64,000 nucleotides of DNA, taken from positions 156,304,001 through 156,368,000 of the forward strand of contig NC_058368.1 in assembly GCF_018350175.1 (NCBI RefSeq), read 5' to 3'. Position 1 is the first letter of the stretch. Each line of letters begins with the position of its first letter. Both the position numbers and the translations under genes were made by a program. Positions 23,344-35,959 of this stretch are shown piece by piece. The notes under the pieces were generated by a model, which did no database searches, was not told where the DNA came from, and worked only from the letters and a program-made list of their open reading frames with translations. This stretch comes from Felis catus (taxonomy: Eukaryota).

Positions 23344-26300
23344 GGGGGGCCATTTGTTATTTTTTTAAAAAAATTGTTCAAACAAGGACACTAAGTATAG
23401 TTTAAATGGGTTTAAAGGATTTAGTCCAAACCTTCACAAACAAATGTACAGATTTTCAAACCACTACACCACGCAGCATAATTCCCTCTTCCTGTTGAGG
23501 ACTAGGGCTTAGAAAGACTATTACTTGTCAGAATTGTGATGATTTAATAATGATGTGATATGGGAGGGTCCAGTGAATAGGAAAAGTTAGGACCAGAAGT
23601 GAAGATTTCACAGCATCGTCCTAAATGAAAACTATTAAAAATGTCTAAAATTTAACACAACTTGAAAAATAGATAGAGGGAACAGAATGCAACTAGAGGG
23701 AACTAGAAAAGATTAATGTTTGCTGAGTCATTGATAAAAACCAGGAAGGGTAAAACCTAGTGGTTCAATCAAGGAGGAGATGAGAATTATGTAGTGTTTT
23801 TGGTTAGTCAGTATCTTTGAGCCAGCAAGAAAAGATCAATAGGTAATTTGATTCTCTTTTAATCTTTTGTACCTCTAACACAGGTGATGAAAAAGACAAC
23901 TATGGGACAGATTCTAATATGTTTATTTTTCTAAATTAAAACTAGATTCAGCATAGACCTGAGTTGTGAGATCATGACAGATAAGAATCCAGGAGAAGAA
24001 AGGAATGTAAATGAATAGATTACTCTTTCCCTCCTCTCTCTCCTCTTTTGCTCTTCCCCTGCAGAATGCTCTTGGTTGCTCTTTAACATGTGGTGGGGTA
24101 CTAGAAAATTTTTTAACACACAACACAACATATCGCATTTTACTTTACATTTTACTTTCTGTAACAAGTGTTACTTTAAAACACAAGATTTTGCCCCTGC
24201 CAAAAATCTACATAAAAGTGTTTTATATAAAAGACTACCATATGAAGTTTTAAGGCAGGTTTTACATATACTCAACTACACCGAATAAGGATTGTTCCAG
24301 AGGAAATAACTTATACTCTCAGTGAAAAAAAATATCAAGTGTGGAAACTGTGATTCTCAACATCTATGGAGGTGACGACCAAGATCCAATGGTTAAGACT
24401 GGAGGCACAAGAAGAGTCGATTATGAACAGAATTATATCAACATCTCACATCTGGTTATTTGGGTTTCTATTGGTCTGAAACAAATTTCTGAAAAACCAG
24501 AAATTCACCAAAATGCCTGAGCTAACTTGTCCATTTACGAGGCAGGCATTACTTGTCTCTCAACAGCAGAGAAGCAACAAATTCCAGTTCAGTGTGACCC
24601 ATTTATGCCTCTTAGATTTATCATATGCAGTTTTTAATGACCCCGAACTAAAGGAAACGTAGAAACCTATTTGAAAAGCTGACATTAAGGTTGTGACACC
24701 AACCAAAACAACAGAGAATTTAAAGTTAAATTGACACACAATCCCCAAATGAGTCTGTTGCTCTCCTAATTTAAAAAACAGGTACTATGTGAAATAGTGA
24801 TGGCATGTCAGTGTCTGCTTTGAAACTCCTGAATTTTGTCATGTGGTGTTTGTGTCACAACCTTAATATTATTTAAATATACTTTTTAATATCTATTATT
24901 TAAAAAATATCTTTGAATTGAAGATGCTCCTAAGGCTTTGAAGAAGCCAACCTCAAAGCGCCGCATTGCTAGCATGCCACTTTTATTAGAAGTGGTGCAT
25001 AAAACATTTGCTGTTGACAAATCTAATTCATTAGAAGGTGAGATGGATGCATTTTAAAATAACTGGCTGGCATCATTATCTGCAGCATCTTTTATAAATT
25101 ATTCCTCTTTTCCCTTTTGACTGAACTTGTCACAGTTCCTTTCAGAGCCTGAATGTTATGCCTTATAGTCAATGCTTTCAACATGTTGAGACGAGTCATA
25201 AGTTAAACAAGCAGTGGGACTTTCTTTTCTAGAAATGAGGAAGAGTAGCTAAGAAATGCTTACAGATTATTTCGTTCAATTCATTGATTTTTAAAGACAA
25301 GCAAAGTCAGTTAGTGGTGGTTTTATCTCACACAAAGGATTTAAAAATAAAACTGTACTGTTTGGGTAGAAGGCAGCATTTCAAAGCAAGTTACATAAAA
25401 AAGAGCTGCTGGCAGTCCCGCTGCACTGTGGTGCAGAAGACTTAGTTTAAAATTGAATTGTGCTTCCCCTGACATCGGAGATCAGGTACATCATAAGGCT
25501 GACAGCTGGCTGGCACACGAACTTCCTAAAGGAAAATGCTAACTGTATTTCTCTTCGAGGCCAAAGGAATAGAATTACAGAAGCCTTCAAGGAGACAGAG
25601 CAAGCAGAGAACAAATTATTCAAAATATGAAGAAAAACTTTTCTTACCTAATTTTGTTTCAGAAGACTCGAAGAATGAGCTGGTCTTCTAATGCTAAATA
25701 AGGGGAAATTATTTCCTTCCAAGTTGTCAGTGGAAGAGCTGCCTTTTCTTTATTATCTTCATTTTCCCCCCCAACATATACAAAATACACCTATAAAATA
25801 ATTAGATAAAACTTTATCACCGTCACAATGGAGGGGGTATGGTCACATTACTTGTTTATGATGGTAGTGACAGTACTATCATGAAGTTCTGACATACAGG
25901 CATGAGTCAAGAGACTGGAATTACATCAAGACATGCTAAAGTTGGGGTACCTAAGAAAACTTATTAACTAGACGATCCATAGACTACGGACACATGAATA
26001 AGATACGCATCTAGAAAAATCTACATGCAAAACATTCCTTTCATTGTCAGTGATTTTTCAAATGTTCCTAAATAAATGTAGATTTTACAGAGTAAAGGAT
26101 GGATGTACCACACAGAAACAAAGCATTTCAATACAATTACTTTTATCCTGTTAATTACCAGTTTAGTTTCCAGAACAGTTTGTTAAAACCATTTTTTTTC
26201 TCACTCTTCTGGATGTTCTTGTTAAAATAGATTCTAATTCAGTTGATTGGGGGTTGGGATTTGGGATTCTATATTTCTAAGAAGCTTCTAGATAATGCCA

Positions 26301-27712
26301 CCAATGCTATGGAGCCATGGATCACGCTTTCACTAGTGGGGTTCCACCAGTCTATTTGTCTTTCCCTCCATTAAAGTATACTGTTGCTATTTTTGATGAC
26401 TGGCCTTTTGTTTTTCCATATCATCTTATAATCTACTGTCAAGTATTCCCCCTTCCACACCAAAACAAACAGGAATTTGAGACTACACTGATTGAATTGG
26501 GCATCTGTTAAAACATCGAGTTTTGCAAGCCATCTGTATGGTATATCATTCCACTTACCAAGTTCTTATTGTCACACAATAGTGCTATACTTTCCCCATA
26601 GGAGTTTTGTATATCTCTTATTATGTTAGATGTATTCCTAGGGACTTCATATTTTCAGTGTTAGCGTAAACAGTATGTCTTTGCAAAAATCTCTTCACTT
26701 TTTTGTTTAAATATGTATTTGTATAATTTTTGAATATGGATGTTCTTATCCGGGGTATTTGCTAAATTAATGTTCTTATATTTTTTCTTTAATTTTGCAT
26801 CATGCACAAATAATAAGTTTTACTTCTTTGCTCCAAAATCTATGCTTTTTATTTATGTTGCCTTTTTAAAAGAAGGAAAAAAGTTAAACAATAAATGTGC
26901 TATTTAGTAGAAAAGACTCTTTTGTTATCTTCAACCCATGAAACTGATCTCTTGGTTAGGCCTAGGTCGACTAGAAATCTGCTATAAAGGTTCCAAATGT
27001 TTGTTTTGACATTTATTGATTGTCCTCATACTTTTTGCCTTTCTCTGGTGTCTAATATTCAAGTGCTTAATTGTTACTAACATTCATTAAACCAAGCTGA
27101 CGTCCAGTTGTTATTTCATCAAAAACAGACAAACATCCTCATAAATAACTTGGCCACTCTGGGAACTGAATTTGAACAAAAGGGGAAACAGGAATTATAA
27201 AGAGAGAAATGGTTCAGTTCCACCTATGAAGTAGGGTGAAGATGCCAAAGCTAGGACACCATTTTAGAGATACAACACATCATCTATACTCCATAGCTGA
27301 AATCACAAGATTTCTTGGAAAACCTATAAATAACTGAAATTGCCTTCTGGACGACAATGTCAGCCTGCTCCAGGGCAAATTGCCCTTCTTGATAGCTTTC
27401 AGCCAATCGGCTGACCAAAGGGGAAAAAAATTAAGATTTACTGCTTCACAAACTGTCAATGTTGTTATCATGGGTCACCTGAGGGAAGTTATGGAGAAAA
27501 GAGTAAAGATAGAGGAGGCAGTAATTAAAATGCAAAAGCCCTGTAATAAAAAAGACACAGCAAACTGTTTCTTTAAAAATACATTCATATACTGCTACAA
27601 ACAAGAATTATAAAGATGTAGAGCACTGTACAAAATGCTTAAATGGCGAAGTGAAAGCAGGACCCAAGACAGCATGTACACGTTACACTGCAACTGTTTA
27701 AAATACGTGGAT

Positions 27713-27800
27713 AGGAGTGCCTAGTTGGCTTCATTGGTGGCGATTCTTGATTTTGGGGTCATGAGTTTGAACCCATGTTGGGAGTAGATGTGACTTAAAA
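27713..27800 (+). mobile_element. Can-SINE, short and degraded
   Basis: tcttgattttggggtcatgagtttgaa. Confidence 0.7.
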
Positions 27801-29754
27801 AATTTTTTTTAATTATGTGGACAAAATTTTTGATTAGGAAGACCAATCAGCATGCATTTTCCCCTTTTCCCTGACATCCCCTTAAAAGATAATAAAGGTC
27901 TGTGTTAGTGGTTGGGGGAGAGGATATAAACCATAACAATGAAGAGACTGAGAAAGCCATCACTATAAATTTATACAAAGTGACAGATAAAAGAGCATTC
28001 ATGGAAGATGCAGAGAAGGAAAAGTCAAACCCTAGAGTGTGTGTAGAGAATGCTGCAATTAAGGGAATGGCTTGATATCCCTGACAGAAGTGTGGAGTAA
28101 GAAGTGAAGCTAAAATATGCCAAATCTCCCTCCCCTACCTTTTTGTACAAGCAACTATGTACTTTGTCTTTTTCTTGTTCCTGATTACATATCTGACTGT
28201 GAGTAAGAAAAAAAATAAGCACATGGGAGAAGTGTTGTGGTTGAAGAAATGCATTAACAGTCTAGAAAACTAGGAAAGGCAGTATGGGTATGGATACTTC
28301 TAAAGAAAAGTCAACCTCATTCAGGCCTTTAGCTGACTGCCAGCATTCTTAATTTTCTCATTTCTAATATGAATGCACAGCCAAGAACCACTGGGCATTT
28401 CAAGAAAATCTTTTTTTTTTTCCACCACATTTGGGACCACTATAAAACAAAACTTTACCCTCCAAAAAACAGATAAAACAATAGAACATATAAATTTTCC
28501 AGCATTGTAATAAAGAAGAAAAAAAACATATACATAATATAAGGCCGGAAGTAGGACTTCCAATCAGCAAATATTCTTCTAAAAAGAAACTAAAGAGCCA
28601 GACAAAACTGATAAGCACAGTCATTTCAGTGCTCTAGAAATTGACCAAAGGGATATAACAATTTGAGAAGCATTTATATTTGAAAGACTGCTAATCTTTA
28701 GGTAAGAACACTAAGACCCTGTTACATTCTGGTCTGGCCTCTTATCACCATCAACCACAACTCAGTCAGCAAAAAGGTTCTTCCAGGGTGAGGAAGATCA
28801 TTAAGACTGGAAACATCTCTGTCGTCATCAAATAGGGCACCAAATAGAGCTTGAACTTGAGTGGTAGGTTATGCCCATGTCCAGCAGCATTTCAGTGGAA
28901 GTGATCATCTTGTAAGTGGGCAAGTAGGGAGAGTAAACAGCTGCTTTAGTCCAAGGTCATGGTCATAACTGGGATAGATACATTCTTACCTAAGGTTGAG
29001 AGGATGTGCAATCAAGACCAGAGAGGAACAAAGCTAGTCACATATTCTTGAGGCTGAATAATCACATGCACAGAGCAAATGTGAAAAAGCCCAGCAGAGA
29101 GTGAAAGCTATACCACACCTGAAAACAGTGTAAACTTCGAATACAGTCCTCTATCAATACAGAGATCCATGAGTAGATTACAGAAGACTTATTGATTTCA
29201 TGTGTTTAAGCACGAGCACTGTCCAACAATCAGCTTAAAGTTTAAGATACACAGACACAGGATCAAGTCCTAGAAAGCCAAATGTAAAACTCAAAACAAG
29301 AACATTAAAAAAACAAAACAAATAAAAAACCCCAGATTTATCAGTGCCACACATCACAAGGGAGACAGACCGTCACTGTACTTAGTTTAGGCAAATTACT
29401 AAACAAAGAAACAATCAAATGAACAAAACCACAACTTTCAGGGGAAAAAAAACATATCAGAATCCAGAGTTGCCACAATAGATGATCTAAAATATCCAGT
29501 TTTCAATAAGAAATTATGAGGCATACAAAGAAATAGGGGAAACTATCTCAGTGTCCCTAGATTATATTAGATTTAAAAAAAGACTTCAAAGTAGCTATTA
29601 CCAATATGTTCGATGAAACACAAGTGACCTTATTTAAAGAATTAAAGGAAAGACAACAATGAACAAAAAATAGATTCTCGACAAATAGAAAGAAATTAGA
29701 AAAAAACATCAAATAGAAATTTTGGAGCTGAAAAGTACAATCACTGTTGGGGGG

Positions 29755-29975
29755 TGGGGCTGGGTGGCTCAGTTGGTTAAGCATCTGACTCTAGATCTCC
29801 TTCAGGTAATGATCTCATGATTCAGGGGATTGAACATTTCATTGTGCTCTGTGTTGACAGGGTGGAGACTGCTTGAGATTCTTTTTCCCTTTCTCTCTGC
29901 CCTTCTCCCACTTACATGCACCATCTGTCTGTCTCTCAACATAAATATACTTCAAAAATAAAAGAAGCTTCAAAT
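29755..29975 (+). mobile_element. Can-SINE inside the old L1
   Basis: tgggtggctcagttggttaagcatctgac head. Confidence 0.85.
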
Positions 29976-30263
29976 AAAAAAAACACATATTAAAACTACA
30001 GCAAAATGGAAAATGTAAACCCAACCATGTTAATAAGTACATTAAATGTGAATGGTCTAAACACCTCAATCAAAAGGCAGAAATTGTCAAAGTAGATAAA
30101 AAAGCAAGATCCTACCACATGTCATCTAAAGATACATATCTTACATCCTAAGACAAAAAACATAGTAAAAGGATGGAAAAAGATGCCATGCAAACAGTAA
30201 CCACAATCAGCTGGAGTTACTACACTAATATTAAACAAAATAGGCTTTAAAAAGTAGTATTTG

Positions 30264-30468
30264 AGGGGCACCTGGTTGGCTCACTCGGTTAAGCATCCAA
30301 TTTCATCTAGGTCATGATCTCACTGCTCATGAGTTCAAACATCATGTCAGGCTCTGTGCTGACAGCTCAGGATGCTTAGGACACTGTGTCTCCCCCTCTC
30401 CTTCTGCCCCTCCTCCACTCACATTCCGTCTCTCTCTCCTTCAAAAATAAATAAACATTAAAAAAAAA
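30264..30468 (+). mobile_element. Can-SINE
   Basis: Head, CT tract and tail. Confidence 0.88.
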
Positions 30469-30478
30469 TGGGGGGGGA

Positions 30479-30716
30479 GGGGCACCTAGGTGACTCAGTC
30501 AGTTAAGCGCCCGACTTCGGCTCAGGTCATGATCTCATGGTCCATGAGTTGGAGCCCCACGTCGGTCTCTGTGCTGACAGCTCAGTGCCTGAAGCCTGTT
30601 TTGGATTCTGTGTCTCTCGCTCTCTGCCACTCCCCCACTCATACTGTGAGTGTCTCTCTCTCTCTATCTAAAAAGTAAATAAACATAAAATTTTTTTTTA
30701 ATTTTTTTTTAATGTT
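30479..30716 (+). mobile_element. Can-SINE
   Basis: Head, CT tract and tail. Confidence 0.88.
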
Positions 30717-30733
30717 TAAAAAAATAGTTTTTG

Positions 30734-30870
30734 AGGGGCAGCTGGCTGGCTCAGTCAGTAGAACACATGACTCTTGATCTCAGGATCATGAGTCTGAGCC
30801 ACATGTTGAAATTGGGGCCTACTTAAAAAAAATAAATAGACAATAAATAATATTTAAAAAAATAAAAATA
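30734..30870 (+). mobile_element. Can-SINE, short form
   Basis: ggggcagctggctggctcagtcagtagaac head. Confidence 0.85.
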
Positions 30871-31402
30871 AAAAGGAAATTTTAACGGTAACAAACAAAA
30901 GAAAAATAAATTTAAAAAAGAAAATAAATAATGTTTAACAAAAATGGGATATTTCAAAATGATAAAAGGGTCAGTACATCACAAAAAATAATGTTTATAA
31001 ATGTATATGCACTAAAACAAAGCACCAAAATCAGTGGAGCAAAAAACGACAGAGCTGAAAAAAGATATAGATCATTTGACAAGTATACGTGGATATTTCA
31101 ATACTTTCCTACAAAAAATTAATAGAACAGAAAAGCAGCAAGAGTATTAGAAAATATCGTTCACCTACTCAACCTAACTCATATATACTACCCCATTCAA
31201 TGATGCCACAACACACAATTTTTCAAATGTCAAAACATATTTTCCAAATTAGACCATACACAAAGTCATAAGTCTCAACAAATTTTAAATAAATAAGATC
31301 ATAAAAAGCATAACCTATGAATAGAACAGAATTAAATTAGAAATCAATAGTAGAAAAAAAATCTTGGAAAATCCTCAATATTTGGAAGTTAAAGAACATA
31401 CT

Positions 31403-31597
31403 TTTAAGTTTATTTATTTTGAGAGAGAGAGAGAGAAAGAGACAGAGAGAGACAGAGTACGAGTGGGGAAGGGGCAGAGAGAGAGAGAGAGAGAGAGAGA
31501 GAATCCCAAGCAGGGCTCAGACCCGCAAAACGTGAAATCATGACCTGAGCCAAAACCAAGATTCGGACACTTAACAACTGAGCCACCCAGGTGCCCC
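31403..31597 (-). mobile_element. Can-SINE
   Basis: (GA)n tract, then ...actgagccacccaggtgcccc. Confidence 0.9.
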
Positions 31598-31655
31598 AAG
31601 AACACATTTCTAAATATCAAAAAAGAAATCACAAAAGATTAAAAAAATTTTTTAC

Positions 31656-31860
31656 TGGGGCGCCTGGGTGGCTCAGTCGGTTAAGAGTCCGACTTCAGCT
31701 CAGATCATGATCTCGCGGTCTGTGAGTTTGAGCCCCAGGTCGGGCTCTGGGCTGATGGCTCAGAGCCTGGAGCCTGCTTCAGATTCTGTGTCTCCCTCTC
31801 TCTCTGCCCCTCCCCTGTTCATGCTCTGTCTCTGTCTCAAAAATAACATAAAAAATAAAT
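31656..31860 (+). mobile_element. Can-SINE (SINEC_Fc)
   Basis: Near-consensus head and body. Confidence 0.92.
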
Positions 31861-32536
31861 AAAGTCAGAGAATCTCAATCTATAAAAAAAAAAAAATACT
31901 GAATGATAGTGAAAATACAATATGTCACATTTTATGGGATACACAAAAAGCATTATAGAAAGGCAACACATAAGATTACAGCAGAAATAAATGAAACAGA
32001 AAAGCGAAAAGCAATAGAAAAAATAAAGCCAAAAATTGGTTCTTTGAAAAAATGAATAAAATTGTACACTGTTACCATGAGTCATCAAAAAGAAAAAAGA
32101 CACAAATTATCAAAATAATGAATAAAAATGGTGTCACTATTGACTATGCAGAAATCAAAAGGATTATAAGACAACACAATTAACAACTTCATGCCAACAA
32201 AATAGACATGCAGATGAAAAAGACACATTCTTAGAAAGACATAAATGAGCACAACTGACTTAAGAAGTAAGGTGAAAACTGAATAGACCTAAAGCAAGTT
32301 AAAACATTAGTCATTCAAAATCTCCACATAAAGAAAAGCAAAGTCCCAAGGGCTTCAATGGTAAATTCTATGAAATAAAAAAATGAAATAATAGCAACAT
32401 TTCACAAACTATTTCAGAAAATAAAGGAAAGAAATCTTTCTAATTCTATGTCTATTATACTGACAGCAAAGCCAAACAGATACAACACAAGAAAATAAAA
32501 CTGCAGACTAAAAACCTATGTTAAAAAAGAAAGATA

Positions 32537-32760
32537 TGGGGCACCTGAGTGTCTAAGTCAGTTAAGCGACTGACTTTGGCTCATGTAACAATCTCCCGGT
32601 TCACGGGTTTGAGCCCTGCATCAGGCTCTGTGCTAACAGTTCAGAGTCTGGAGCCTGCTTCAGATTCTGTATCTTCCTCTCTCTCTGCCCCTACCCCACT
32701 CATGGTCTCTCTCTCACTCTCTCACAAAAATAATAAATAAGCATTAAAAAAATAAAAAAG
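32537..32760 (+). mobile_element. Can-SINE
   Basis: Head, body and tail. Confidence 0.9.
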
Positions 32761-35400
32761 AAAGTTCTAAAATCAATACCCTAACTCTCAATCTTCAGAA
32801 AATAGAAAAAGAGCAAGCTAAACCCAAAGCAAGCAGAAGGAAAATAAGGATTAGATTTGAAGTAAATAAAAATAATAGAAAAACAACAGAGAAAATCAAT
32901 CAAACTAATCTTGAGTCTTTTAAAAGGTGAACAAAGTTGACAAACCTTTAGGTAAACTGACCTCCCCCCCCCAGTCAAAAAGATAAAAGACTCAAATTAT
33001 TAAAATTAGAAATGAAAGAAGGGATATTACTCACATTACAGAAATAAAGAGATTATAAGGGGATACAATAAACAAATGTGTATCATCAAATTATACAATC
33101 TAGGTGAAACAAACTCTGAGAAAGATACCAAGTATTGAAATGACTAAAAATTTTTTAAAAATATGCATAGACCTATAACAAATCAACAGATTGAAGTTAA
33201 TATCAGAAATCTTACCACAAAGAGAAGCCCAGGGCCAGGTTGGCTTTATTGGTACCTTCTACCAAATATTTAAAGAGGAATTAACACCAAACCTTCACAA
33301 ATTCTTCTAACAAATAGAAGCGGGGATACTTCCCAACTCATTCTCTGAGGTCAGTATTACCCTGATACCAAAACCAGACAAAAACATTACAAGAAAACTA
33401 TAAACCAATATAAAGGCAAAGATACTCAACAAAACATAGCTAACTGAATCCAGCAACATATGAAAAGAATTATACACCATGACTAAGTAGGATTTATCAC
33501 AAAAATGTAAGGTTGAATCACACACAAAAATGAATGTAACACACTTTATTAACAGAATATAGAACAAAAACTACATAATGCTTTAAATAGATGCAGAAAC
33601 GAATGTGTGGAAATCCAATAAGCTTCCATGATGAAAAACACTCAACAAACTAGGAATTGAACCCAGAAGCTGACTTCATACTTAATGGTAAAAGGCTGAA
33701 AGCTTTGCCATTACAGTCAGGAACAAGACAAGAATATCCATTTTTTATTCTTCTAGTCAGCACTGTACTGGAAGTTCTAGTCAGGGCAATTAGGAAAGAA
33801 AAGTAAATAAAAGGCATCCAGATTTGAAAGGAAGAAGTAAAACTACCTTCACTTCTAGATGACAAGATCTTGTATGTAGAAAACTCTAAGGAAACAACCC
33901 CCATGATTGAAGCTAACGAATACATTCACAAAGTATGTAAGACATCAGACAAATAAACAAAAATCAAACTGTATTTCTATATGCTAGCAATTAACAACTT
34001 GAAAATGAAATTAGGAAAACAATTCCATTTACAATAGCATCAAGTAGAATAAAATACTACACTTAGGAAAAATTTAACAGAAGAGGTCCAAGACATTCAT
34101 TGAAAACTAGAAAACCTCATTGTGAAAACTTGACTTAGCCCTAAGTAAATTAAAAGTTCGTATCTTATGGATTGAAAGATACAATATTGTGAAAGGGGCA
34201 GTAATTCCCAAATCAATCTACAAATTGAATGCGGTCTCTATCAAAATCTCAGCTGCTTATTTTGCAGAAATTAACAAACTGATCTTAAAATTCATATGGA
34301 AATACAAGGGACCCAGAATAGCAAAAACAATCTTGAAAAAGAAAAAGGAGAACTCACATTTCCCGTTTTTCTAAACTTAGGACAGAGCTACAGTAATAAA
34401 GACTGTGTGACACGCTATACTTAAGGACAGAGATATAATCAATGGAATAGAATTGATGGTCCAGTAGTAAATCCATACATGTCCAATTGATTTTTGATGA
34501 GAATTTCAAGAAAATTCAATAGGGAAAGATTAGTCTTTTCAAGAAATGCTGGTGAGACAACTGGATACCAACATGTAAAACTGTCAGATTTCTTCATCAG
34601 AAGACATACAAAAATTAACTCAAAATTGATGAAACACCTAACTATAAGCACAAAGTATGTTAATTAAAAAAAAAAAAGCCACAGGTATAAATCTCCTTGA
34701 CCTTAGATTGGGCAATAGTTTCTTAAAGCAATAAAAGCAGAATTAACAAAATAAACAGGTAAATTGGTTTTCACAAAAATTAAAAACATTTGCACTTCAA
34801 AGAACACCATCAGTAAAGTGAAACAACAATCTACAGAATGAGAGAAAATATTTGTAAATCAAATACCTGATAAGGAAATAATATCCCACAACCTATAAAG
34901 AAATTATTATAGCGCAACAATAAAATGACAGGTAATTCCGTTTTAAAATGGCAAAGGACTTGATCAGATCTTTTCTCCAAGGAAGGCATACAAATGGCCA
35001 TTAGGTACACGAAATGATGCTCAGCATCATTAGTTATTAGATAAATGCAAATTGAGACTACAAGAGGTACCACTTCACAATTCACTAGAATGGCTATGAT
35101 CGAAAGACAATAGCAAGTACTGGGGAAGATGTGGAGAAACTGAAACCGTCATAAACTGCTACTGGGAACGTAAAGCACTATCCCTCACTTTGTCAGTGGG
35201 AATATTTCCTTAAAAGCACTTTGCATTTTGTAATTATTTTTATAATATCTTTCAGGAGACTGAAAGCACATGAAAACTGGTTTGAGGTCACTTTGCTTCA
35301 CGTGAGTATGTTAGGGCACTTGTCATTCTGTACTACCTGCAATTACTGATTTGCTTACCTCTTTCAACCACTAAACTGAATTTTAATATTGGACTGTGCA

Positions 35401-35642
35401 TTTTATTTTTATTTTATTTTTTTTAATTTTTTTTTCAACGTTTTATTTTTTATTTTTGGGACAGAGAGAGACAGAGCACGAACGGGGGAGGGGCAGAGAG
35501 AGAGGGAGACACAGAATCAGAAACAGGCTCCAGGCTCTGAGCCATCAGCCCAGAGCCCGACGCAGGGCTCGAACTCACGGACCGCAAGATCGTGACCTGG
35601 CTGAAGTCGGACGCTTAACCGACTGCGCCACCCAGGCGCCCC
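35401..35642 (-). mobile_element. Young Can-SINE (SINEC_Fc) with TSD
   Basis: CpG-rich near-consensus copy; tggactgtgcatttt on both sides. Confidence 0.95.
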
Positions 35643-35667
35643 TGGACTGTGCATTTTAAAACAAAAA

Positions 35668-35881
35668 TGTGTTTGTTTATTTATTTATTTGAGAGAGACA
35701 GACAGACGGCAGGGGGAGGGGCAGAGAGAGACGGAGAGAGAGAATCCCACACAGGCTCCAAGCTGTCAGCACAGAGCCCAATGCAGGGCGAAGTGGGGCT
35801 TGATCTCGTGAACCATGAGATCATGATCTGAGCCAAAATCCAGGATCAGACACTTAACTGACCGAGCCACCCAGGCACCCC
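35668..35881 (-). mobile_element. Can-SINE
   Basis: Ends gagccacccaggcacccc. Confidence 0.9.
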
Positions 35882-35959
35882 TGGATTGGGCCTTCTTAAT
35901 TTTTGCACCTCAGTACCTATTCAAGTGGCTGACACAGAAGAAGCACAAAGGAAAAGTTA

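Larger units (their letters stand above)
28540..35190 (+). mobile_element. Ancient degraded L1 (L1M-type; 5' region, ORF1 and ORF2 remnants) interrupted by many SINEs
   Basis: A-rich + strand with ORF2 remnants such as KGAVIPKSIYKLNAVSIKISAAYFAEINKLILKFIWKYKGPRIAKTILKKK (34189-34374); many stops and frameshifts. Confidence 0.85.
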
